A program made the position numbers and the translations under genes. Of a DNA stretch of 64,000 bases, positions 26,057 through 36,300 are shown one piece after another. The first letter of the stretch is position 1. Each line of letters begins with the position of its first letter. A model generated the notes under the pieces. The model saw nothing but the letters and a program-made list of their open reading frames with translations. It did no database searches and had not been told where the DNA came from. The stretch is from a virus, in the IMG/VR virus record IMGVR_UViG_3300010367_000378, positions 21,636 to 85,635 of that record; one strand, written 5' to 3'.

Positions 26057-26614
26057 TCACGGGGCGACGGCAGTCAGGTAGGTGGGGCCGGCCGACGTCG
26101 AAAGCTGGCAGTCGATGATGTCGCCGAGCAGGAACTCGCCGGCGACGGTGTTGTAGGTGTGCCAGGCGCCGGACGTGCCCTCGGAGCGCAGCTTCACATC
26201 GATCAACCCGTCGGCCGTGGAGATGAATCCGACGTTGCTCGGGATGCCTCCGGCGTTGACAATGTAGCCTTCCGTATAGCCTGGAGCGTTGCATTCATCC
26301 AGGCCGTAGGACCTCGTATAGCCACAGGTCTGGCTGTCGTCGATCGAGACGCTGGACGGCGCCTGGGCATCGGTCGGCAGGAGGATGTCGAGGACGCGCA
26401 GCGGGTAGTACTGCCCGTCCCGGACCCAGAAATCGCGGCCAGCGCCCGAGTCGTTCTTCAGGTGCAGGCGGACCCACCCGGTGCCGCTCGGGATGAAGCC
26501 GCAGTTGTCGGGTGGCGTGGCGGTGACGCCCGCAGTGGAGACCACGGTGGTGGCCATGGCGGGGAAGGACGACAGACACACGGCGAGCACCAGCAGCAGG
26601 ACTTTGCTTCTCAT
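26057..26614 (-). CDS. Secreted protein (moron-like, own promoter)
   Basis: RBS GGAGAGGAG; MRSKVLLLVLAVCLSSFPAMA signal; 4 Cys in the mature part. Confidence 0.8.
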   Translation of the reverse strand: MRSKVLLLVLAVCLSSFPAMATTVVSTAGVTATPPDNCGFIPSGTGWVRLHLKNDSGAGRDFWVRDGQYYPLRVLDILLPTDAQAPSSVSIDDSQTCGYTRSYGLDECNAPGYTEGYIVNAGGIPSNVGFISTADGLIDVKLRSEGTSGAWHTYNTVAGEFLLGDIIDCQLSTSAGPTYLTAVAP

Positions 26615-26718
26615 ACGGTTCTCCTCTCCTGTAAGAGATTGGTGGGCCAAGAGCGGCCCTCACCGGTCAATGTAGACCCGGTCCTTCCACAACTGTTTAG
26701 ACCATACAGGCGAGGTGA

Positions 26719-26748
26719 ACTATATACACCAGTATAGAAGCGCGTCAA
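26719..26748 (-). promoter_or_regulatory. Sigma70-type promoter with TATAC-N4-GTATA operator
   Basis: Minus strand TTGACG-N18-TATAGT; inverted repeat 26723-26736 in the spacer. Confidence 0.7.
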
Positions 26749-26772
26749 CATCCCGCGAGTGACATTCTTCTG

Positions 26773-29499
26773 TCAGAGTGCCACGCTCTCCAGCCAGAAT
26801 CCCGAAAGATCTGCCGACCTCGTACTGCTGGAGGTCTGCAAAACGATTGCTCCAGGGAAGACAGTCGCGCTCGGCCCGACGGAGGTGATCCCGTCCCCGT
26901 TGACGTGCGTCCCATTGATCGTCCAACTCCAGTCTCCGGGAGAGATGCCGCGGTCGATCTCCAGGCGCTGAAAGGTGGTGGTGGCCGTCACGCCGGTGTC
27001 TGCGCGGTTCACCAGCGAGCCGCCGGACCACACCTCTACCCACCAGTGGGTGTTTCCGCGCGCCGCGGAGTCCAGCACGAAGAACACGCTGTTGCTACCG
27101 AAGTGGGAGGTGTCGGCGGTGTCCACCCCGACACCCACAATGAGCCGCACGCCGGAGACAGTGGAGACTGGCCGCACGAGCCAGCCGAACAGGTCTATGT
27201 CTAGGGCCTTGATCCCGGACTGCAACGCTACGCCGCCGCCGGTCACGTCCGGGGTGACGCTGGTGATCCGCATAATGGTGGGGCGGCCGGTCTCCGGGGC
27301 CTGCATCGCTGGCGCGCTGCTGCCCTGGGGGGTCCACCCCAGTCGCCCAAAGGCCCCGGTCGCGTCATTCGTGGAGGAGTAGTAGAAGTCGTCGTACAGG
27401 GTGAAGCGCTGCCAGGGACGTGCGACGCGAACGTCCGTGGCGGTCACCACCTCGCCGGCCGTCGTTTCCCTGTTCGTGCTCAGGATCGCCGCGCCCTTCT
27501 GGGTGGTGCTCGCGTCCGGCACGTCCAAGTCCACCTTCTGGTTGCCGGAATCGAGGGTGACAGTGACCTTGGAGCTGGCCGCGTTGATCTTGCGGAACCG
27601 AAGGTCGACTCCGCCCTTGTTGTCGAACAGGCCGACGCCGGCCGTGCCAACGTTGGATGCGGTGTTCGCCTCCCCGGAGACCGCCACCCAGGTTTGGTCT
27701 CCCCGGAGGAAGGTGCTGCTGCTGGCGCTCCCGCTTCCGAGGCGCGCGGTACCGAGGGTGCCGCTGGAGATGTTGCTCGCGTTGGTCGTGTCCGTCGTAG
27801 CGCTCGCGGCGAGCCCTGTGACCCGGGCGACCGGGACCGTCCCGGCCGCGAGGCTCCCGGTGATATCCACATTCCACAGAGTCGATCCGCCAGCAGTCTT
27901 GAAGGTCTGGAAACTACCCGTCGGCGACGTATCCGTTGCGCGTGACATGGTGATTCCGGTGTCACCGTTGACCGCTTGGTTCACGGTCGCGTCCGTCAGG
28001 GTGGGTGAGGTGCCGAACAGCGCTGCGCCGGAACCGCTTTCGTCCGAAAGGACCCCGCGTAGGTCCGCAGAGGTCGATGCGGCCAGGTGCGAAATCCCAG
28101 CGTTGGTGCTCCAAGTCCCGGAAGAGACGCGCAGCACCCCGGAGGAAGCAGAGGTGTCCAGGCCGGTACCGCCCTTGGCGGCTGTGACGGTGGGAAGCTG
28201 GCTCACCGTGATCGCGCACAGGGAGACGCTGGTCGTACCGCCGCAAGTTCCCACGACTCTGTCCGCCGTCTGCGAGGTCGCGGCGGCCACGGTGATTGTC
28301 CCCGAGGTGGTGACCGGGGAGCCAGTTGCGGCGAGCCAGGACGGCACGGCGAGCCCAACGCTCGTGACGGTCCCGCTCCCGGCCGGAGTCGCCCAGGTGT
28401 TGTCCCCGCGGAGGAACGTCGAGGAGTTGGCCGTACCGCTTCCCAAGCGGGCCGTCCCCACGGTTCCCGAGGAGATGTTCGACGCGTTGGTGGTATCGGT
28501 GGTGGCCGAGGCCGCCAGACCGGAAACCCTCGCCGCCGGCACGGTCCCGGCCGAGAGCGAGCCCGTGATGTCGATCCCCCACAGGGTTGATCCCCCGGCC
28601 GACTTGAACAACTCGAAGCTCCCGGTGGGACTCGTGTCCGTTGCTCGCGTGAGCAGCAACGCGGTGTCCCCGTTCGAGGCCTGATTCACCGAGACGTCGC
28701 TCATCGTCGGCGACGTCGCGAAGACGGCGGCACCGCCGCTCCCCGTCTCGTCCGAGAGCACCGCCCGAAGGGCGGCGCTCGTCGAACTCGCCAGGTCGGA
28801 GAGCCCGGCCCCTACGGACCAGGTCCCGCTGGAGACCTTGGGCACACCGGTGCTGGAGGAGGTGCTGATCCCCGTCCCCCCCTTCGCCGCGCTGACCGTG
28901 GGAAGCTGGCTATTCGTCATGGCACACAGCCCAATGGACGTCGCTCCGTTGCAGGTGCCGATGACCTGGTCCGCGGTCTGGCCGCTGGCGGCTGAGATCG
29001 CGATCGTGCCGGTGCTAGTGATCGGACTGCCCGTCGCGGTCAACCAGCTCGGCACCGTGACGTTGACGCTGGTGACCGTCCCCCCGGAGCCGGCTGGTAC
29101 CCCCCATGTCGCATCTTCCCGAAGAAAGCGGGTGGTCCCCGCCGAGGAGCCAGGATCGGGAACGACTCCCGAGGCGTGGGACCCGCCGGACGCGCCGAAC
29201 GTCGAGGCCGAGAGCGTGAAGCCGCTGGCGAGCGAGTGCGAGGTCCCCCCGCCGCAGAGAAGCGGCGGCGAGCACGTGATCGTCGTCGATCCCAGCGCGT
29301 AGGAGGAGAGGCTGAGGTCGGCCTTGAGCGCGGCCCAGGTGACGTTCTTGGACCCGGCGCAGTTGGCGCTCGCCTCGAAGTGCAGGGTGTCGGCGACGGT
29401 CCCCGAGGGCAGGCTGCAGATGCTCTGGGCGCCCGCGGCGGTGGTGAGAACGAGGAGGAGCACGGCGGCGAGGCCGAGCGGAAGCTTCTTGACGTTCAT
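26773..29499 (-). CDS. Tail-fibre-like protein with N-terminal signal peptide
   Basis: Position after hub genes; TFLRGDxTW, GTVTSV, EANTASNVG..DLRFR and DASTTQKG fibre motifs; C-terminal beta domain; MNVKKLPLGLAAVLLLVLTTAAGA leader; RBS GAAAGGA. Confidence 0.8.
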   Translation of the reverse strand: MNVKKLPLGLAAVLLLVLTTAAGAQSICSLPSGTVADTLHFEASANCAGSKNVTWAALKADLSLSSYALGSTTITCSPPLLCGGGTSHSLASGFTLSASTFGASGGSHASGVVPDPGSSAGTTRFLREDATWGVPAGSGGTVTSVNVTVPSWLTATGSPITSTGTIAISAASGQTADQVIGTCNGATSIGLCAMTNSQLPTVSAAKGGTGISTSSSTGVPKVSSGTWSVGAGLSDLASSTSAALRAVLSDETGSGGAAVFATSPTMSDVSVNQASNGDTALLLTRATDTSPTGSFELFKSAGGSTLWGIDITGSLSAGTVPAARVSGLAASATTDTTNASNISSGTVGTARLGSGTANSSTFLRGDNTWATPAGSGTVTSVGLAVPSWLAATGSPVTTSGTITVAAATSQTADRVVGTCGGTTSVSLCAITVSQLPTVTAAKGGTGLDTSASSGVLRVSSGTWSTNAGISHLAASTSADLRGVLSDESGSGAALFGTSPTLTDATVNQAVNGDTGITMSRATDTSPTGSFQTFKTAGGSTLWNVDITGSLAAGTVPVARVTGLAASATTDTTNASNISSGTLGTARLGSGSASSSTFLRGDQTWVAVSGEANTASNVGTAGVGLFDNKGGVDLRFRKINAASSKVTVTLDSGNQKVDLDVPDASTTQKGAAILSTNRETTAGEVVTATDVRVARPWQRFTLYDDFYYSSTNDATGAFGRLGWTPQGSSAPAMQAPETGRPTIMRITSVTPDVTGGGVALQSGIKALDIDLFGWLVRPVSTVSGVRLIVGVGVDTADTSHFGSNSVFFVLDSAARGNTHWWVEVWSGGSLVNRADTGVTATTTFQRLEIDRGISPGDWSWTINGTHVNGDGITSVGPSATVFPGAIVLQTSSSTRSADLSGFWLESVAL
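27700..29135 (-). repeat. Tandem duplication of a ~235-aa fibre module
   Basis: Two copies bounded by FLRxDxTW; period 705 bp (27713 vs 28418); high protein similarity with many synonymous differences. Confidence 0.9.
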
Positions 29500-29510
29500 G
29501 GTGTCCTTTC

Positions 29511-29852
29511 TCAATCGAGGATTCTCAGGCCCTTCCAGCCGGACCCGCCGTTGACCTCGGTCTTCCCGGTCGAATCGACGCGGAAGACCGGTTGCATGAC
29601 GCCGGCGCGGAGGACGCTCACGACGATTCGAGCGCTCTCCGATCCCGGGGTCGAGTCGGTGAGCTCCACCGTGATCTGCGCCCCCAGCAGGCCGCCAGGG
29701 GCGGTGGTCAAGTTGACCGTAGGCGTGACGCTGGAGACCGCCGCCCCGATCGTGTTCAGAAAGGCGTTCGGGTGGCCAGCCGCGAGCGCCGCGTTGGCCT
29801 GGGCAAACTGCCCAGCTAGGATCAGGTTCAGAATCGTGACGTCGAATGCCAC
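29511..29852 (-). CDS. Small virion-associated or fibre accessory protein
   Basis: GTG start next to the upstream stop; located between tail genes. Confidence 0.6.
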   Translation of the reverse strand: MAFDVTILNLILAGQFAQANAALAAGHPNAFLNTIGAAVSSVTPTVNLTTAPGGLLGAQITVELTDSTPGSESARIVVSVLRAGVMQPVFRVDSTGKTEVNGGSGWKGLRILD

Positions 29853-29853
29853 C

Positions 29854-30804
29854 TTAGAAGGTCTCCTGCAGGGTAAAGCCGGCCAGCCCCGGCCATTCGA
29901 GGGTAGCCATCGTTGGCTTCGGCGGCTGCTCAATGCAGCAGACCATCGACGTGTCGTAGAAGAGCCAGCGCTGGGATGGTTCCGGCCAGAAGAAGATCCG
30001 GGCGAGCTCCCCGCGGCCCACGAGGAACCGCGTCATGACCTGGCGGAAGACTTCGATCCGGCCGCTCTCCGGTGTCTCAGGACCGAGTTGAGGCAGCTCG
30101 AAGGCCGCTGAGCGCTGCATCGATCGCGTCCGACCGAGCTTTGCCCCGCTCTCGGTCCGGACGACCTCGGAGCGGGGGATCAGCGGAAGCGACCAGCCGA
30201 GCGCCATGTTGATCGAAGGACGATAGCGGCGGCCGATCATGGGAAGGGCGAACTGCAGGAAGTTGCTCCCGTCGTTGGTGTGGCTCGAGGTATCGAAGGT
30301 GAGGACGACGCTCTTGACGCTCGGATAAGCCCCAACGGGAAAGGTCACGAAGGAGTCGAGCATGAATTCGGCCGTCGCATCTTCCAGCCATTCCGCGTCA
30401 GGCCCAAGGGTCCAGAGGAGGCTATCCCAGGGGAAATCGGAGAGGCTTGCGAGAACCACCGGTTCCGTCCAGGCGGAGACCGCGAGGCTGCCGCCGAGGG
30501 CATCCTTGAGCTCGACTTTGAAGGGGAGCCGGATGTTGCTCTTGTGGAAGGAAAGCCAGTCGACCGGCCGGACGCGGTTGAAAGTCCACGTCACCGAAAC
30601 GGTTGAAACCGCGGCGATCGATCCACTCCGCCATGGCGCAGAGAGATCCTCGTTGAGAAGGTTCTCGGCGGTCATCTCGGTCAAGGGATCGCCCGAAGAG
30701 ACAGCCGTCGACGAGGCTACGCAGGTCGTGCCATAGGCAGCCAGCGCCCAGTTTTCCAGGATCAGAAGAGCCTCGTAGGATTCGAGGGTCGGCTGTTCTG
30801 CCAT
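29854..30804 (-). CDS. Minor tail protein (distal-tail-like)
   Basis: ATG 30804 overlaps upstream TAA; TAENLL..D.S.PWRS and GRRYRPSINMALGW motifs typical of siphophage tail-tip proteins. Confidence 0.7.
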   Translation of the reverse strand: MAEQPTLESYEALLILENWALAAYGTTCVASSTAVSSGDPLTEMTAENLLNEDLSAPWRSGSIAAVSTVSVTWTFNRVRPVDWLSFHKSNIRLPFKVELKDALGGSLAVSAWTEPVVLASLSDFPWDSLLWTLGPDAEWLEDATAEFMLDSFVTFPVGAYPSVKSVVLTFDTSSHTNDGSNFLQFALPMIGRRYRPSINMALGWSLPLIPRSEVVRTESGAKLGRTRSMQRSAAFELPQLGPETPESGRIEVFRQVMTRFLVGRGELARIFFWPEPSQRWLFYDTSMVCCIEQPPKPTMATLEWPGLAGFTLQETF

Positions 30805-33374
30805 TACGTGAGGACCTCCAGGACCGTTTGATTGCTGCCCTTGTCGACCGAGACGCTCATGATCCGCGCCGAGGCCCCGTTCTCGAAGGTCCCCGTGGGA
30901 GGCTCGTAGACGAACTCGTGCTCGTCCCCCGCGCGGACGGCTGCCGCGATCCATGCCCCGGCCAGGGTCACCTCCCACCAGGATCGCTCCTCGAGAAAGA
31001 GCGGCGCGGCATAGTCGAGCCACGTTGACGCGGCGGCCGGATCGTCGAGGAGGTAAGTCTGGAACGGTTCAGTCCTCGGCTTCGCCTGGGGAAAGTTCTT
31101 CATCGTCGCCGATCCCGCAGAGCGGGGCAAAAGCTGATAGTCGGTGCTGAGCCGCGAGCGGAGATTCGCAGGGACGGAGCCCGGAATATTGCTTTTATCA
31201 ACGACGAGATAATTCTTTCCGTAGCCCACCGTGATTCGTGAAAATGGGTCCGTAGAAGAGAGATTGCGGATTGCAATGATCTCGGGCCGGAATCGCCGCG
31301 ACGGAGAGCCAACCGGCGGCCGGATCGTGATGAGACGAAAGCTTCCCGTCTCGTCTTCTACCCACCAAGCCATGGCCGACAGGGCGATCGAATCCAGGAC
31401 AGCCTTTCGAGTCGTCGAGGCATTGAGAAGGTGACCGACGGCGAGGTTGGGATTCCACAGGAGGCCGGAGGTGTCCACCGTGCTATCCGAGACCACGCCG
31501 AAGAGAGCGCTCGCCGTGTAGGCCCCGGCAGGGCCGCCTGTAGCGTCGATCCCGAAGGCGCCGGCCTGAGTGCTCACCAGCAGGGAGGCGGTCGAGTTCG
31601 GGAGGTCATAGGTGTACTGGCGGTCGGCTGCCAGAGTGCGGATGACCACTGGCGTCGGCGCGAGCAGGGTCTCGCTGATTAGGACCTCTTCGACCCGGAT
31701 ATCCCTGCCGTCCGGGGAAATAGCCGGCTGGCCTCCAGCGCCGTCCTTTGCGATCGTGAAGGTGCCGTTGTTCGATGATGTTCCCGTCACCGAGATCCGC
31801 TGGCCAGTCCGGTCCGGATCGAGTTGGCCGGGGACGAGACGCTTCGCGGTCATTGGCAGGCTGGTGTTGGCGTCCGTCCCACTGAGGGAGATGACGTGGG
31901 GGTCGTCGAAACCGAAGGAGATGCTCCCTGCCGCCCCGAGGGCGATTGTCTCGTCCGGCACCAACGGCACGCCGTTCGCTCGTAGGCGTCCCCAGATGTC
32001 GGTGGACGTGGCCAGGCCGGTGTTGATTTCCGGCGATCGCCAGCCATAGGTCCTCGTCTGGGTGTCGAGCAGGACGAGCGGGAAGTGGAAGACGGGGCCC
32101 CAGCAAGTCGGTTTGGTCTGCCCGAGAGGCCCGCCAGAGAACACCGCCGGATCATCGCCGTCCAGGCTGGGCTTCCAGCTTGCGGCTCCCTGTAGGGTCA
32201 GATCGACCCTCCTGAGCTCGGAGAGGGCGGTCGTGCCTTCGTCCTCCCCGAAGCGCCAGGCGTCCAGGATTCCGGTGACCCCTGCGCCGCCCGCAGGAAG
32301 GGGGCGGTCAGAGCTGGCGAGGAGGGTGTCGTAGTCCGGGGCCGCGGCGCGGAGGCGGATCTCCCAGACATGGAGGCCGACCGAACTGGTGCCGGCGCGG
32401 CCGACCAGCGGGATGCCGTGGTCCGGATCGGTCTTCGAGACTGCGACTGGCATGGTCAGAGTCCCCACGACGGTGAGCGCGCCGAGGGCGAAGCCGGCAG
32501 CTCCGACTGCCACTCCCGTGGTGCGGTTTGTGGCCCACACGGCGGCATAGAGCGTCACGCTGACACCGTCCGGGGCAACCACCCCGGCGAGGTAGATCGG
32601 GACGCCTGTGGGCGGCGTGTAGGCCGAGAAACGGATCGAGGAGGTGTCCGTTTCGGATGCGCCAGTCACGAACCCCAGCGCGCCGGCGGCGCTCAGGATC
32701 AGCCCGTAGAAGTTGGACACCTGGAACAGCGGCGCGAAGCCGGTCCCTGTGTGGGTCCCCAGGAGGACGCCGATCCATTCAATCGCCAGGGCGCCGGCGA
32801 CGTTGTGGTCCTCCGAAGCCGTGCCGATGAGCCGCGAGGTCCCATCGGCCGGCACAAGAACGCCCATGCCGTAGCCGTGGTAATAGTTCTGGACCAGCGG
32901 ATTGTCGAGAGAGGACTTCCTGCCGATCGCCGAAATCGAAATCTGGGTCGTCCCGGTGCACTGCACGGTAACCCCTGAGAAAAGCCGGAGATAATCGGAG
33001 AAGGCAACAACATCTCCGGCCGGTCCGCGAGGAGACCCCAGATAGACTTCGAAGGGCTGGTCTGCCCAGACAAGCCCCTTGAGGAAGGTCAGAGAACCGT
33101 CACTGTTTTCCAGGTCAAAGCTTGCCGTTTCAATCGAGCTCGGGCCCGTGAGGTTCCCGGAAGCCGCGACTGCTCTCTTGAGCTTCCAGGTCGGCATGAG
33201 GCGCGTGATGAAGCGGGCGTTCGGGGGGCTCTCCCCCGGGCCGGTGTAGAGCGCCCTGGCATCGGTGAACAGCAGCGTCCGCGCCGCCCCCGTCTCCCGG
33301 CTCTTGGGATGGAAGACGACGGCGAGCCAGGCGTCACCGCCCTCGCGCCAGACGTCGATTAGAGTCCTCGCCAT
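30804..33374 (-). CDS. Baseplate hub/tail-tip protein with inserted LamG-like lectin domain
   Basis: Follows the tape measure; KPTCWGPVFHFPLVLLD; LamG-like WEIRL..AWRFGEDEGTTA. Confidence 0.75.
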   Translation of the reverse strand: MARTLIDVWREGGDAWLAVVFHPKSRETGAARTLLFTDARALYTGPGESPPNARFITRLMPTWKLKRAVAASGNLTGPSSIETASFDLENSDGSLTFLKGLVWADQPFEVYLGSPRGPAGDVVAFSDYLRLFSGVTVQCTGTTQISISAIGRKSSLDNPLVQNYYHGYGMGVLVPADGTSRLIGTASEDHNVAGALAIEWIGVLLGTHTGTGFAPLFQVSNFYGLILSAAGALGFVTGASETDTSSIRFSAYTPPTGVPIYLAGVVAPDGVSVTLYAAVWATNRTTGVAVGAAGFALGALTVVGTLTMPVAVSKTDPDHGIPLVGRAGTSSVGLHVWEIRLRAAAPDYDTLLASSDRPLPAGGAGVTGILDAWRFGEDEGTTALSELRRVDLTLQGAASWKPSLDGDDPAVFSGGPLGQTKPTCWGPVFHFPLVLLDTQTRTYGWRSPEINTGLATSTDIWGRLRANGVPLVPDETIALGAAGSISFGFDDPHVISLSGTDANTSLPMTAKRLVPGQLDPDRTGQRISVTGTSSNNGTFTIAKDGAGGQPAISPDGRDIRVEEVLISETLLAPTPVVIRTLAADRQYTYDLPNSTASLLVSTQAGAFGIDATGGPAGAYTASALFGVVSDSTVDTSGLLWNPNLAVGHLLNASTTRKAVLDSIALSAMAWWVEDETGSFRLITIRPPVGSPSRRFRPEIIAIRNLSSTDPFSRITVGYGKNYLVVDKSNIPGSVPANLRSRLSTDYQLLPRSAGSATMKNFPQAKPRTEPFQTYLLDDPAAASTWLDYAAPLFLEERSWWEVTLAGAWIAAAVRAGDEHEFVYEPPTGTFENGASARIMSVSVDKGSNQTVLEVLT

Positions 33375-33397
33375 CGCCTCAGTTTCATCCCCACTTT

Positions 33398-36300
33398 TTA
33401 GGACAATCCGGCCGGATACTTCGCCTCGATCGCTCGAACGAGAGCGGCGACCTGGCCGACCAGGCTGGTGATCGCCGCCCGGTCAGCAGCCCTTTCCTGG
33501 GCTTCCGAGAGCGCCACCGTCGACCGACGGTTCTTCTCCTCGTTGAGCTTCTTCTGTCGTTCCTGCTCGTGAGCTTGACGCTTCCGCTCGATTTCTTCAA
33601 GCGCCCGAAGCACGGCGAGGAGCTCGGGGCCGCACCCCTCTCCACGTTCCGAGACCACCGAGGAAGCGGCCGGCGACGGGGACTCGGACCGAGCGGCCGA
33701 AGCCGTGGAGGGCTGGGAGGGGGAAGCGATGCTTTCGCTGGTCGCCGCCACGATCCTGCTGCCGGAGGAGGTGGTCGAAGCCGTATTGTCCCGGATCGCC
33801 GCGAGCAGGGAGTTGGACTGCTGCAGGTGGTTGACGATCGGGTTGTCGGTCCCGCTGAGGAGCGGGTTGCTCCCGGTGAGCGCCTGGATGGCGTGGGTGA
33901 TCTCGTCCACCACCGCGTTCGAGCCCACGCCGGCGCCGAGGAAGCTCTGGGCGGACGCCTGATAGTCCCGGCCGGCCTGCTCGAGCTGCGACAGGGCATC
34001 CAGATCTCCGGCCCGGGCCCGCGCCAGCAGGTCGCGGAAGTGATCACGCGAGGTCGTGAACTGGTCGGCGCTCGACGTCCGCGGGTCGTTGTGCTGGAGC
34101 TCCTGCAGGAAGGAGGTGAGCCCCGAGGTTGCCTGCCGCCAGAAGTCGTTCAGCGCGTTGACCCGCGCGGCCTCGTAGCGGGCCATATCCTGGGCCGAGA
34201 CCCCGAGCCGGAGGAGCGCGGTGTGAGCGTCGCCGAGCTGCTTCAGCAGGTCGCGGAGCTGGAGCTGGAGGGGGTTCTTGCCGAGGTCCTCCCACCCCTT
34301 CAGGGTCTGGTCGACGAAATTCTCGACGGCCGCCTGGCTGGCGGAGGCCAGTTGGGCGAACTGGTCGGCGCTCGCCCCCAGGGTCACGAGGGCCGCATGG
34401 GCATCGTCGAGCTTGTCCCGGAGATCCTGGGCGTCCTTGACCACTTGGGGGACCGGCAGGAGCCCGGCGATCGTGTCGGAGACGAACTTGTTGACGGCGA
34501 CCTGGTAGGCCGCCTGGAGCTGCGACATCGCCACGGTGAGCTTGCCGCCGGTCCATGCGAGGGCCGCCTCCTGTTTCGACAGGTCGGCCATCTTGTCCTT
34601 GAGGTCCTGCGCCCCCTTGGCCGCGGGCCCGAGGGAGAGCTGGTTCCACTCTTTGACCTGCTGGCCGATCGTGTCGATGAGGGTCGCCGCCTGCGTCCAC
34701 GGGTCGTCATTGCTCTGCTGAGCCTGGGGCCGCTGCGGCGCCGGCCTCGTGAAGTCGGGCTGGTTGGCGGGGTCGTTGATCTCCTTCCGGAGGTTCTCCA
34801 GATCGGCCTTCTGGGCGTCCGTCAGGATGCCGAGCTGCTCGTAGGAGTCGAGGAGGAAATTGAACTGGAGCACCTGCAGCTCGAAGTTCAGCTTGTCCGC
34901 CTCGCGCCGGGCCTTGTCCGCGTCGTCGAACTTGCCCTCCTGCTCCAGGAGGTCGGCCGCCTGGCTGAGCAGGTTCTGGGTCGCCTGCGTCCCGAGCTGG
35001 CTGATGACGTCGTTGAGCCGGCCGGCGGTGATCGCCCCCTTGGCGGCCGAGTCGCGCAGGAAGGCGACGGTGTCCCCGAGTCCCTTGACCTGCTGACGGG
35101 TCTGCTCCATCGGCAGGTTGAGCGAGGAGATCGCGTCTTCGGCGAGCCCGTTCAAGGCACGCAGCTCGGCCTGGTTGAGCTTCCAGAAGGCGATGGCCCG
35201 CTGGCCGGTCTCATCGAGGAGCTTCTGGTTCGCCGCCCGCGCCTCATCGAAGGTCTTTTCGATGTCCCCGGCCTTCGTCTGCCACTGCGACTGCCCGTAG
35301 GTGCCGCCGTCCCCGGGGCCGAGGTACTGGCGGACCGGGTCGAGGATCGTCTTCTTCGTCTGGTCGATCAGCGCCTGCCGGGCCGCGCGGAGCTGATCCT
35401 CCGAGATCTTCAGCTCCTTGGCCTTCTTCGCCATCTCAGCCAGCTTGTCGCCGAGATCGAGAACCGCCTGCACACTCGACGGCAGCCCGAGGCGGGTGTC
35501 GGCCTTGAGCTGGTCGAGGAAGTCCTGCTTGTCGGTGCTCTTGCCCCCTCCGTGGCCGGCGTTCGGCTTCTTGCCCGCGTCGTGCATCGCCGCGTTGTAG
35601 GCATCGGTCCACATGCCGGCGTACTTGTCCCACATGTCGAGGGCGACGAGCTGCATCTTGATCGCCTGGAACTCCAGGTCGACCTTCATCCGGGCGAATT
35701 CGACCCGCTGGGCCTCGTACTTTTGGCTCCCCTGGAGGTACTGGTAGAGCTGGTTGAAGACCGCCATCGACACTTCCTGCTCGGAGAGCGCCTGCGGGAT
35801 CTTGTCGAGCTCGGCCGTGTAATCGGCGATCTGCTGGCGCAGCCGCGCGATCCGCGAGTCCCACTCAGCCTGGGCCGATGCGCGGTCGTCATCGGTCATG
35901 CCGGGGCGGAGCCGGGGGCCGGTGCCCATGCTGTTGATGTCGCTCTGGGTAGCCGCGATCTCGTCCTCGAGCTGCTTCCGGGCGGACTCCCCGGCCTTCT
36001 TCATCTGGTCGTTGAAGGCGACGAGCCCTGCGAGGAAATCGGCGGTGCTGGTGTCGATCCCGAGTGCCTGATTCTTCAGAGACTGGACGGTGTCGGAGAA
36101 CTTCCTGGTGATGCTTTCGACGGCCTGGTCGAGCGCGGCGGCGTCGCCAGCGAAGGTCTTTTTCGCCTGCTCCAGATCGGAGAAATACTGCTGGGCAGCC
36201 GCGGCGACCTGCCCCGAGATGCCGGGGAGATTCTGGGTCGCCAGGCGCTGCGCGAATTCAATCTGGGCCTTGAATTCGTCGAGGTCCTTGCCGGCGTAGT

